Positions 11,071-20,180 of a DNA stretch of 64,000 nucleotides are shown here, in pieces. The notes beneath the pieces were generated by a model. The model was not told the DNA's origin, did not search any database, and saw only the letters and a program-made list of their open reading frames with translations. Position 1 is the stretch's first letter. The number at the start of each line of letters is the position of its first letter. Source of the DNA: a virus; IMG/VR virus record IMGVR_UViG_3300035670_000067, positions 32,001 through 96,000 of that record; one strand, given 5' to 3'. The position numbers were made by a program, and so were the translations under genes.

Positions 11071-11348
11071 TATTCACCTGTCAAATCAATAAGTTGGTCA
11101 TTGTTATGCCATTGCATCAGCTGTGGAAATATCTCGCTGTAAGAATATCTATCCCATTGACTAAATTCTTCAGGCAGCAAATGCGGATTAGCTGAGTAAT
11201 GTTTAGTCACCTTTATAACTGTTAATCCAGTCTTTGTTCTTATACAATCACCAATATTCTTTTCAACTATTATTCCAGCATCCATGTATTCTTGAACTTT
11301 ATTCCAATTTTCTTGGAATGATGTATCAACTATGAAATAGATATTCAT
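11070..11348 (-). CDS. Hypothetical protein
   Basis: 92 aa ORF coupled to both neighbours (ATGA and TAATG overlaps). Confidence 0.6.
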   Translation of the reverse strand: MNIYFIVDTSFQENWNKVQEYMDAGIIVEKNIGDCIRTKTGLTVIKVTKHYSANPHLLPEEFSQWDRYSYSEIFPQLMQWHNNDQLIDLTGE

Positions 11349-12058
11349 GACGAGCTACTCCCACTGGTTGATGAAGATGATGAATTTGTTACGCTACTAG
11401 ACGATGACGATGATGATGAACTGTGAGAGCCATATCCGCTACTGGTACTTGAAGATTCAGAACTTGAAGAACTACTAGAAGCGGAAGAAGTGGACTCTGT
11501 TGCATAACCTATACTTGTGGAAGAACTTGAGCTAGAACTTCTAGAAGATTCACTAGATGAAGAACTCAGTGAGCTCGTGCTAGATAATGAACTAGTTGAA
11601 GACCAGCTTTGTGAAGTGCTCAGTTCTCTGCTCGAACTTGAATAAGAACTAGATGAACTTGATGAACTACTAGAAGAAGATGAACTTGAAGATGACCAGC
11701 TCGAAAATTCTATTGATGAACTACTTGAAGACGAACTTGACGAACTACTTGAAGAAGAACTAAATGAACTATACTCTTCATCTTCATCACCATATGCATA
11801 TTGCTGATGTACTCTTATGAAATCCCCATCTCTGATATTCGTGCCATAATCAAAGAAAAACAAGTATCTGGATTTCGATAAGTTCCCAGCATCCCCGCCT
11901 TCAGCTAAACTTGGAATTTCTTCTTGTTCAAATGTACATATTACATTTCTTGCGACAGTCACTAGCTTACGAATACGTTCTCCATATTCATTGCGCGTAC
12001 CAAGATCGCGCAATCTGAGTATCGAACATTTTCGTATTAGTAACCCTTGGAAACTCAT
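11345..12058 (-). CDS. Head-closure/head-tail adaptor N-terminal part (SPP1 gp16-like) with poly-Ser tail
   Basis: MSF..LL...CSI.R...NEYGE...NV.C...YLFF.....IRDGDFIRV pattern, then about 140 aa of Ser/Thr. Confidence 0.7.
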   Translation of the reverse strand: MSFQGLLIRKCSILRLRDLGTRNEYGERIRKLVTVARNVICTFEQEEIPSLAEGGDAGNLSKSRYLFFFDYGTNIRDGDFIRVHQQYAYGDEDEEYSSFSSSSSSSSSSSSSSSSIEFSSWSSSSSSSSSSSSSSSSSYSSSSRELSTSQSWSSTSSLSSTSSLSSSSSESSRSSSSSSSTSIGYATESTSSASSSSSSSESSSTSSGYGSHSSSSSSSSSSVTNSSSSSTSGSSSS

Positions 12059-12723
12059 ACTGCTTCGTATACGAAACTGTTGAATTGAGGCAACAGAGAA
12101 AACAGATACTCAATATATTGATCCAAACTCATTCGTGTTGAATCGCTGGTCGTCCTGCCAGCTAACACGTAACGGTATTTGCCTATCTCTTCTTCAAGTA
12201 TATCACCCTTGGCATATACAGATGGATTTAATCTAGCCATTGTTCTATTGATTATGCAAAGCTGGAGCAAGGACAATATTGATGCAGGTGAAGATGTTCC
12301 AAATGTCCCAACGATTTTTATATTCCTTATCCCCTTGGGGAAAACGCCAGCTTCTTCGTCATTGCCATATTCTATGTTATCTATAGGATTTATAATTTCT
12401 ATCTTACCAGTGTTAGGTTCATACCAGATTTCTCTTGTCGCACTTGTCTGCGTCACATTTACACTTGTCTCGGCCAAATCTTCTCCAATAAGCGTCATGG
12501 AAACCAATGAAACTATGGGAATTGGAGTTACGAATAGATGCTTAGTCCCGTCGCCATCAAAGTATAATGTCTGTTCTATTGCTTCCCAAGTAAATCCAGA
12601 TTTTTGCGTAATTTCTTCGTAAGACGCACTTCTTATGAGAGTAGGTATATCACTAATACTAAAACTAGGATTCAATATCCTAAAATATTCTGCGATTTGA
12701 TCATCTGTCAGAAAATCGGCCAC
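12055..12723 (-). CDS. Head-tail connector (gp6/gp15-like)
   Basis: FDGDG..HLFV.PIP.VS, FPKGIRNIKI.GTFG, EEIGKYRY patterns typical of phage connectors. Confidence 0.7.
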   Translation of the reverse strand: MADFLTDDQIAEYFRILNPSFSISDIPTLIRSASYEEITQKSGFTWEAIEQTLYFDGDGTKHLFVTPIPIVSLVSMTLIGEDLAETSVNVTQTSATREIWYEPNTGKIEIINPIDNIEYGNDEEAGVFPKGIRNIKIVGTFGTSSPASILSLLQLCIINRTMARLNPSVYAKGDILEEEIGKYRYVLAGRTTSDSTRMSLDQYIEYLFSLLPQFNSFVYEAV

Positions 12724-12732
12724 GCTTCACCT

Positions 12733-13737
12733 CTATTCGTTAGGCTTAGTATCTGTCTTTTGACCGACTTTCTGACGCTTTTCCCATTCTTCGAATTTAC
12801 TTTCTGGCTTGCAATACAATCCCCTAGTGGGTTCGTTCGCTATATCACCCAATCCATCTGTCGCATAAGCAACAGCTTCTTCAAATGGGACATGATCGAA
12901 AACTTTCAATTCAGATTTTTCATTGCAATTGTATATCTTTAATCCAACAGCATCAAAGTGTGGCTTCAGCTGTGGAAAATATTCTTCTCGCATTCTCTTG
13001 TATGTATTCAAGTTACAATTGACAGCGCCCTTGTCGCGGCCTTCATCGAAATGATAGGTATTTGTTTCGCTCATATTAAGATCAACGCCAAGCAAGAATA
13101 TAGTTCTAAATCCAAGCAAGAACAATATCCTAATGGCCGGCAATATCACACTTCTACCACCGCCATAGTCTTCAGCATTCCCCCAATTAAGAGTATCTTC
13201 CCAAAGCCATCTATTGGCGTGGAATTTACTATTCCTCTTGAAATAGTACACGTTAGGGACATCGCCAACATTACAATCCAACGGACAATCGTTATAGTTG
13301 TCCCACAATGGTTTGTCTACCGCTCCTATCGGAACGAATTTCATAATCTTAGGATCAACCCAAATAGAACGAATAAATCTAGATGGATCATCAACACTGA
13401 TCCACGCATCTGGCCTATATGTTCTTGGACTATTGTTTAATCCTAGAGTCCAACAATTCTTCAATTTGGTCAAATCAAGAAGTTTGAAGCTTGGGCCGCC
13501 CGCTATGAGGAACGCCGTTGCGCCTTTGTAGTGCCCCAGTAAGGCGTTTGCAGTGTTCCCTTCTCTTGTCCAGAAGAAAGGCATTGGCTGAAACCATTCT
13601 TTTTCATAGGTGTGGCCCAGCCATAACTTTCTGTCTTTGATCATTTCATAAGCGCGGCCATCTCGCATACGAGAATCGTCTTTTCTGTCGCGCTTCAGCC
13701 CACGCTCACAGACATTGTTCATTTTCTTTGGCTTCAT
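12733..13737 (-). CDS. Maf/DUF115-like (MptE-like fold) putative glycosyltransferase
   Basis: AFLIAGGPSF, LGLNN, WISVD, S....AIRILFLLGFRTIFLLGVDL, YHFD, IYNC motifs. Confidence 0.7.
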   Translation of the reverse strand: MKPKKMNNVCERGLKRDRKDDSRMRDGRAYEMIKDRKLWLGHTYEKEWFQPMPFFWTREGNTANALLGHYKGATAFLIAGGPSFKLLDLTKLKNCWTLGLNNSPRTYRPDAWISVDDPSRFIRSIWVDPKIMKFVPIGAVDKPLWDNYNDCPLDCNVGDVPNVYYFKRNSKFHANRWLWEDTLNWGNAEDYGGGRSVILPAIRILFLLGFRTIFLLGVDLNMSETNTYHFDEGRDKGAVNCNLNTYKRMREEYFPQLKPHFDAVGLKIYNCNEKSELKVFDHVPFEEAVAYATDGLGDIANEPTRGLYCKPESKFEEWEKRQKVGQKTDTKPNE

Positions 13738-14468
13738 CGCTGAATCTCCAGATGTTTGCCAGCTTCAGGATCACGCTCATGATTTAGATGGAACTGTTTT
13801 TTCTTTGTAGACAATTTCCATTTTTGAAAACGCTTCTTGAACTGTAAGTCTGACTTTGGATTTAATCCTTTGTTGAACATGTGAAAATCTCTACTATTAC
13901 CTTCGATGTAGTATCCATTCAATAGGTTCTTGTGGACCATCTGAAAATATCCAGCTCCAACATTGCCCATTTTACGATTGCTGATTGCGGCTAAATCTGC
14001 AGTCTTTTCAATCAAAGACGGATATTGAATACAGTCTATTAATTGATCAACATCTTGCACTTTGTTTGACCAGCGTCCAACAGATATCATTTTGCTCAAT
14101 CTATCTTCTGAACTCATAATCAGTTCGGACACTTCTTTCCAAAATCCTAATTCATAAACCATGTCACAATCAGAAAACACAACATATTCGGTATCTTCGT
14201 CAAGCATCTTTACTTGATCATTTCTGGTATAGCCGCGCATAGCGAAACGTTCTTTATCTTCCATTAAAAGCAACTTAATCTTTAATCCACACTTCCTATA
14301 GAAATCTACAACTTCTTCAGTTGTTGGATTCCCATTGTTGGGCATGGCACACACGTTAACGACCAATTGATTCTGCGAAAAGAATTTTTGTTCAACTGCT
14401 AAACTGGATAAATCCCAGCAAAGACGTCTCTGATAATTGTGACACAATAATAGGATCTCTATTTTCAT
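13734..14468 (-). CDS. Glycosyltransferase, GT-A fold (GT2-like)
   Basis: RN...EYVVFSDCDM DxD motif, GAGYFQM, SD.QF, HLNH. Confidence 0.7.
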   Translation of the reverse strand: MKIEILLLCHNYQRRLCWDLSSLAVEQKFFSQNQLVVNVCAMPNNGNPTTEEVVDFYRKCGLKIKLLLMEDKERFAMRGYTRNDQVKMLDEDTEYVVFSDCDMVYELGFWKEVSELIMSSEDRLSKMISVGRWSNKVQDVDQLIDCIQYPSLIEKTADLAAISNRKMGNVGAGYFQMVHKNLLNGYYIEGNSRDFHMFNKGLNPKSDLQFKKRFQKWKLSTKKKQFHLNHERDPEAGKHLEIQR

Positions 14469-14474
14469 GTTACC

Positions 14475-16052
14475 TCACGGAGTTAGATATTGTCTGAAGT
14501 TGTGTTTGACGATTCTTCGTTTGCCGCCAAGTCTTGTTATGACATACCATACAAGAGTGTCTTGGGAAGGTATTGGCATCTTACCGCCGCACATCCGCGC
14601 TAGATGCTTTGTGAAGGCTGTTTTTTCAATCGAGAAAAACGTACAAATTCTTTTGTGGCGATGCTTAGGCTGTTCTATCTTCAGCCCACTAAATAGAGGC
14701 TTTGTCTTATTGAAGTCTGGCAGCTTGTCTGCCCACCAATCTAATAGATGAAGCCAGTGGATTCCATTTTTCTCATAAATCGGATCATGTTTAATCTTAG
14801 TGTATCCCCAAGGTGAAGCTGTCAAGGTTGCGTCCCACGCTTCTTCGGGAATTTCTATTTTATCACACTTTGGCGTCACATCGCAATCCATCTTTATCCA
14901 ATATCTAGTCTTTACATTTTTCGCAACACCGAAAACAAATGCGCTGAGCATATGCTCTTTGTCTGACAAATCTGAAGAGTTCGGCCAAGTGATAACGCGA
15001 GTGCTGTTGTCTACTTCTGTAATAACAAAATCAATACATTTGCTGTCAGCAAATACAATCTTTTTCATATGTTTGATAGGTTCGACATTCTGCCAAAGTT
15101 TCCAATTCTTCAAGAAATGATGTAAATACTTATTATTGACTGCTGTTACTAATGTACAAAGATCCGCATTATTGTCTTTCTCTTGCAACCACTTTTCTAC
15201 TGAGCTATCGTGAAAGCAAGAATGCTCAATATCAATGAATCCATTCTCTCGCATCTCAGAATATGTCTTTTTCCAATATTCGCAATTCTTATATCTACCG
15301 ACATGCTTGTGTCCATGATAATGTATAATCTTTGTATCTTTGGTGACTGTTCCAAATCTAACAGATTCGCCCCATTCTGTGCCAGCCAATCTATGCTCTA
15401 CAAGAGGAAGCATTAGCTGACACGCTATTTCGTCAACTATTCTAGTCGTACAGCGCTTCTCATACCCGCGCTGACATATCTCATTCCATTTTTCTAAGGC
15501 TGGATCACCACTAATCCAGCCATTGATGCCCGTGTTTATTGCCGCGCCATAGGCTAACGCGCCAGCTATTAATTCAGGGCAAGCCTTCTTCCAAGCGTTT
15601 ATTCTACGTGAAATAGAACTACCAGTTGTTTTCCAATTCGCAAAATTCCCTGTAACAAATCCATTAGCTGCTATCATCATGAAATATTCATCTATTGGAT
15701 TCAAAACAAGTGTATCGGCATCCAGAAACATCACTAAATCAAAATTATTCACATAGCGATGTAATGTTGGCTTTATGCTCAGCGGATAATCATTAGATTC
15801 TGGCATATAAGCGGTGAAACACTTGAGCTCTTTCAATTTTGAAAGGAACCAGTCGTCCTGCAACCCCTGTAACAGAACAACTATACTTCCATTCCAAACC
15901 TTGCGCAATGAATAGATGCTAACAAGCATCCTCAAGCAGCATTTTGTTCCACGATTGAAATAGATTACTGTCTTACTGCATGTTAAAGAATCTAACATAT
16001 TTTCTTCCATCAATAACTCGTTTAATGATGTTTCTTTGGTTGTAGCACTCAT
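14475..16052 (-). CDS. Two-domain glycosyltransferase (GT8-like plus second GT-A domain)
   Basis: VMFLDADTLV, INTG, DE, IIHYHG..K; second domain YWIKMDCD and QDT. Confidence 0.7.
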   Translation of the reverse strand: MSATTKETSLNELLMEENMLDSLTCSKTVIYFNRGTKCCLRMLVSIYSLRKVWNGSIVVLLQGLQDDWFLSKLKELKCFTAYMPESNDYPLSIKPTLHRYVNNFDLVMFLDADTLVLNPIDEYFMMIAANGFVTGNFANWKTTGSSISRRINAWKKACPELIAGALAYGAAINTGINGWISGDPALEKWNEICQRGYEKRCTTRIVDEIACQLMLPLVEHRLAGTEWGESVRFGTVTKDTKIIHYHGHKHVGRYKNCEYWKKTYSEMRENGFIDIEHSCFHDSSVEKWLQEKDNNADLCTLVTAVNNKYLHHFLKNWKLWQNVEPIKHMKKIVFADSKCIDFVITEVDNSTRVITWPNSSDLSDKEHMLSAFVFGVAKNVKTRYWIKMDCDVTPKCDKIEIPEEAWDATLTASPWGYTKIKHDPIYEKNGIHWLHLLDWWADKLPDFNKTKPLFSGLKIEQPKHRHKRICTFFSIEKTAFTKHLARMCGGKMPIPSQDTLVWYVITRLGGKRRIVKHNFRQYLTP

Positions 16053-16818
16053 TTAACAATTCCTCTGCTGCCTCTTCATGCTCTAAATGTACCTTCAGTG
16101 TCTCTATAAATTTTTTCAACAAATCGAACTGCTCTTTGCTTATCCCAGTAACACACTCTTTCACTTCACCAAAATCAAATCTAATTGGATCGCATCTTAT
16201 TGAACTATCATTGTCGCCTATAAGATTCTGTATAACTAACACTAATTCCATCAATGATAAAGTGCTGATATCTGGGATTTTATTGCTCGTGACACAATCT
16301 ATGAAATTATCTAACTCTGCAAATTTGATTCTTGTCAACGGATTATCTGTAACAATGTAAGATTTATTTATCAGCAATGATAGCGCGATATTGCACACCG
16401 TTGTATCAGTCCTCATTGATGAACAAAATCCATATAAGCTTGGAACATCAATTATATTTATTCTTGAACCGCTAATAGACGAGCAGTTGTTATGTTCTGA
16501 TTTGAATAAAACAAATCGCTTGTATTTCTTGGATCTAATGATATCTAAACACTTTACATTCAATGCATGTAAATATCCTACGAAGTCTTGCTCTTTCCAC
16601 AACTCTTCATAATCCAGTATAACACACCAATATATCGTGTCATACTCTTCTTTTATTTCGTAATTTAGAATATCACAGATTTCAAGATTTGCAACATCAA
16701 TATCGTTGAATTTGTGGTATAGATTTATATCTACACCATCTACTTTTCTTAAATTGCCAATATTGGAAAATATCTTATATCCAACATTCCCCAATGCTCC
16801 AATCACCAGATCTTTCAT
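15973..16818 (-). CDS. Divergent NAD(P)-dependent epimerase/dehydratase-like protein
   Basis: N-terminal LVIGALGNVG Rossmann motif; SLYG....MRTD..V. Confidence 0.5.
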   Translation of the reverse strand: MKDLVIGALGNVGYKIFSNIGNLRKVDGVDINLYHKFNDIDVANLEICDILNYEIKEEYDTIYWCVILDYEELWKEQDFVGYLHALNVKCLDIIRSKKYKRFVLFKSEHNNCSSISGSRINIIDVPSLYGFCSSMRTDTTVCNIALSLLINKSYIVTDNPLTRIKFAELDNFIDCVTSNKIPDISTLSLMELVLVIQNLIGDNDSSIRCDPIRFDFGEVKECVTGISKEQFDLLKKFIETLKVHLEHEEAAEELLNECYNQRNIIKRVIDGRKYVRFFNMQ

Positions 16819-17990
16819 AGTAGATTAAACACCTTTCTACATTCTATTTGATTAGCTTCGTAAAACAGTCTTGTGTTAATATCATTAGCCATATTGGGAT
16901 CATGCATTCTGGTGGCAGATTCTTCATGAATACCCATGGCTTCTGCGCAATACCAAATTGATACACCGCGCTTCTTAGCTCTAAAACAGAAATCAACATC
17001 ATTGCAGTCACCATAGTATTGTTCATCTAATCCATTAAGCTCTTTGTACAGATCTACATTTATAAGGGCACAGGCGAAGGTGACGGCATTTACCTCTCTG
17101 GTTGGATAAAAACACTTATCATGTTTTTTACCGCGTCCAACATGCTCAAACAAATTGTTTCCATCACCCATAATGATACCGGCATGTTGATACCTAAAAT
17201 CTGGATAATACAAGGAAGCGCCAACTATGCTCGCATTTTCTTCATGGCAAGCACAAAGCATCTCATTTATCCAATCAAAATGCTCCATCATATAGACATC
17301 ATCGTTTAGAAGAAGAACGTACTTATATCTGCCTTCGATATGACGATGTATGATAGTATTATTCAAATGACTGAAATTAAACCTGCTTGTATTCTCAAAC
17401 ATATCAACAGAATAGCGCTGTCCGTACATTTCATTGTATCTCTTCAAAAAATCTTGATCGCCATAAAATCCAAGGTATGGCGTCCCACGCTTTATGCATC
17501 CCAGACATTTATCTAATCTTGTAGAATTGGAACTAAGAATTACAATTGCCACATCTTCATCTATATGTCTCGTGTGCGCATATCTGTCTCCGCAGAAACC
17601 AGATATTTTAGTTGCGTTTCTTCCTTCTATCGCATGCGAAAATTGTATTTCGTTCTGTACTATGCCACGATATTCTCTTATCACTGATATTGTTGCTTTG
17701 CCCGCCAACACTGCCGCCACCATTGCACACCAAGACCTGTCTGAGAACATATTACGACGGGCTAAGACCACCACTGGCACACCAGCCCCGCCCCCCAGCC
17801 CCGCCCTACTTGTGAAAACGTTTACCGGGGTCTTTATACCATTCTTTTTCTTGTAATAATCGAAAACTATAATATCTGCCTTAGACTGTTCAGCTATATA
17901 AAACAACTCTTGTTCTTTGTTTGACGTATCATAAATTCCGTCAGTCCTAACTAAAATTTCCCAGTCTTGATTGTGTGTTATCATTTTCAT
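16815..17990 (-). CDS. Glycosyltransferase family 2
   Basis: FNFS..NN, LLLNDD, VGA.LYYPD..YQHAG, AVTFAC, DVDFCFR, HEESATR. Confidence 0.85.
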   Translation of the reverse strand: MKMITHNQDWEILVRTDGIYDTSNKEQELFYIAEQSKADIIVFDYYKKKNGIKTPVNVFTSRAGLGGGAGVPVVVLARRNMFSDRSWCAMVAAVLAGKATISVIREYRGIVQNEIQFSHAIEGRNATKISGFCGDRYAHTRHIDEDVAIVILSSNSTRLDKCLGCIKRGTPYLGFYGDQDFLKRYNEMYGQRYSVDMFENTSRFNFSHLNNTIIHRHIEGRYKYVLLLNDDVYMMEHFDWINEMLCACHEENASIVGASLYYPDFRYQHAGIIMGDGNNLFEHVGRGKKHDKCFYPTREVNAVTFACALINVDLYKELNGLDEQYYGDCNDVDFCFRAKKRGVSIWYCAEAMGIHEESATRMHDPNMANDINTRLFYEANQIECRKVFNLL

Positions 17991-18017
17991 AAAAGAAATA
18001 ACCTTATGGACGAAAAT

Positions 18018-18054
18018 AAAAAGGCCGGTGGATTTGATAATCCACCGGCCTTTT
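18018..18054 (-). terminator. Intrinsic terminator after major capsid gene
   Basis: AAAAGGCCGGTGGAT/ATCCACCGGCCTTTT inverted repeat with T-run. Confidence 0.85.
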
Positions 18055-18065
18055 AGCGTGGTCGG

Positions 18066-19052
18066 TTAGAAGGAGACTGTCGTGCTCAGATTGTCGATCT
18101 CGCAGGTCATATCTGTCCGATTGAACTGGAAGGCGATACGCTCACTGGTAACGTACTTCCGCTGATCGGATTCGATGACTTTATCAGATTCGAGTTTGAT
18201 GCGCCGACGATCACCAATCTCGCAGGCTTCACGATGCATGACCACCGCGTGACCTGACGGAGCGTTAGCGAGTTCGTACACACGAACGCCATAGATGGTG
18301 GTCAGCATACCATCTGACTCACCAGCTGAGCCAAGACCAGTGATGAAGCTCGCCAGAGCCAGACCAGTCATGCTCGTGTTTTTGAAGTTGGTGTTTGACC
18401 GAATATTCGCAGCCTGATCGGGAGGAACGATGCAGATCAGACGGCTCTTGTTGCGACCATATTTCCCAAGGTTATAGATCGCGTTATTAACCATGTCTTC
18501 ATCGAAGGCGGCACCACCGCCAGCGACTTCTGACGCACCAGATTCATTGGCAACGGTGAAGATACCGTCAAACGCAAGACGCGAATCACGGATATACCAG
18601 TTGGCGGTTGTCGCGGACTCAGGCGTCGGCGCAGTAGCGGTGTGATCAACATCGCCCTGGAGGAACGCCAGTTCTTCCGCCTCAGCAATAGCATCGGCGA
18701 AGTCCTGCAGAACCTGAGCCACAACGTCAGGCTGAGAATCTTCGATAGCTTCTTCGTCAATCATGACGTAAGCCATCAGTTTCTTAGCCGTCCATGTGAC
18801 TGAAGTCGCCGCATAGCTTGTCAGCGTAGCGGTCGTACCATCAGGAATATAGTACGCTGAACCGCCGCTAGTTCTCTTCGGCTTGGTCCATGTGCGCGAA
18901 GGCATGGTGAATGACGGGACCAGTCTACGAATCAGGTTGCGTTCGCGAACGAACTCGATCACCTGATTCGCCAGAGGCGTCGGAAGATAAGCACTGATGC
19001 TGGACCCAGAGGTCGCAACTGACAGTGCCTTGCGGATAAGCTCGACACTCAT
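18066..19052 (-). CDS. Major capsid protein (HK97 fold)
   Basis: YLP..LANQVI...RE, AKKL.AY..I.EE..EDS, FA.AIA.AEE.AFL.GD, TIYGVRV. Confidence 0.92.
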   Translation of the reverse strand: MSVELIRKALSVATSGSSISAYLPTPLANQVIEFVRERNLIRRLVPSFTMPSRTWTKPKRTSGGSAYYIPDGTTATLTSYAATSVTWTAKKLMAYVMIDEEAIEDSQPDVVAQVLQDFADAIAEAEELAFLQGDVDHTATAPTPESATTANWYIRDSRLAFDGIFTVANESGASEVAGGGAAFDEDMVNNAIYNLGKYGRNKSRLICIVPPDQAANIRSNTNFKNTSMTGLALASFITGLGSAGESDGMLTTIYGVRVYELANAPSGHAVVMHREACEIGDRRRIKLESDKVIESDQRKYVTSERIAFQFNRTDMTCEIDNLSTTVSF

Positions 19053-19073
19053 TGTTTTTATTCCTTGTCTTTG

Positions 19074-20180
19074 TTACTTCTGGGTCGTTGACGCTAACAG
19101 AAGACCAAAGTAAACACTGGTCGCTTTACTCTGCTCTTCCTTGCTTAACGCCGCAAACTCATCAGGATTGCCCTTCAGAGCATTGCCGTCGCCAAGCAGA
19201 TGGAGAACGTATTTGACAGTTTCGGGATCCGAAGCGTCCTTGAGAACTTTCTTGATCTTATTAGGATCGGGCTGTTCTGAGGACTGTTCGCTTTTCTTGC
19301 CAAGCTGGGCGGTGAGAGCGGCAACGCTCTTAACCAGTTCAGCCATGACAGGATTTTCTGTCTCAAATTTCTTCTGCGCAGCGGCTTTCGCAGCATCCGC
19401 TTCCTGTTTCAGTTCTTCAGCTGTCTTGGCTTTCTGAGACAGAGCAGTGATCGCATCAGCAAGCTGTTTCTGCGAAGCAGCAACAGTATCCACAAGCGCT
19501 TTCATCGCAGCAACAGAATCAGCAACAGGCTTAATCTGTTCTGCGACCATTGTCTTCGCCTTTTCCTCAGAAACGCCACTCGGCGTCGGCTGAGGAACTT
19601 TATCGGTCTTGGTGGCCATATGTTTCTCCTTGTTAGAGATCTTGTTTTGCAGTGATTTCCCGGTTGCTTCTAAAATAGAAGCTGCGGGATTTGCTGGTAA
19701 ACCTACAACGCTAACTTCAAAAAGTTCCATTTCTTTGATTCTATACTCAGTAATACTTCCTGTGTCAGGATCTTCCACCCTTTCCACTCTCTTTACACGC
19801 AATCTGATGGACATTGAATTTAGAATACCTTCTTTAATTTTAGTCCAGATATCATCAACATCATTTGCCTTGCTAAACTTCACGGTAACGATAAGACCTT
19901 TATCGTCCACCTCGGTCTTCACAACCTTGCCAACCGGCTTGTCTGTGTCGTGATTGAAGAATACCGTGTTGGCACCGGGCTGTAATAGATCTTTTTCAGA
20001 TTTCTTCCAAGCTTCGAGTGTAATGACGTCACGAACACGATCTTTGACAATAGTACCAGCATATCCAACAAGAATTCTATCACCACCCTTTTCACTCACA
20101 CCCTTTATCTTAAAAAGACTGTCAATAGCTTTATTCACGTCTTTTTCAACAGATTTCTTGATCTTCATTTTCTTTTCCAT
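19074..20180 (-). CDS. HK97-family prohead protease with C-terminal scaffold-like region
   Basis: GYA....DR..D, FFNHD...PVG, IK.G.LNSMSI, LFEVSVV..PANP.A. Confidence 0.92.
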   Translation of the reverse strand: MEKKMKIKKSVEKDVNKAIDSLFKIKGVSEKGGDRILVGYAGTIVKDRVRDVITLEAWKKSEKDLLQPGANTVFFNHDTDKPVGKVVKTEVDDKGLIVTVKFSKANDVDDIWTKIKEGILNSMSIRLRVKRVERVEDPDTGSITEYRIKEMELFEVSVVGLPANPAASILEATGKSLQNKISNKEKHMATKTDKVPQPTPSGVSEEKAKTMVAEQIKPVADSVAAMKALVDTVAASQKQLADAITALSQKAKTAEELKQEADAAKAAAQKKFETENPVMAELVKSVAALTAQLGKKSEQSSEQPDPNKIKKVLKDASDPETVKYVLHLLGDGNALKGNPDEFAALSKEEQSKATSVYFGLLLASTTQK

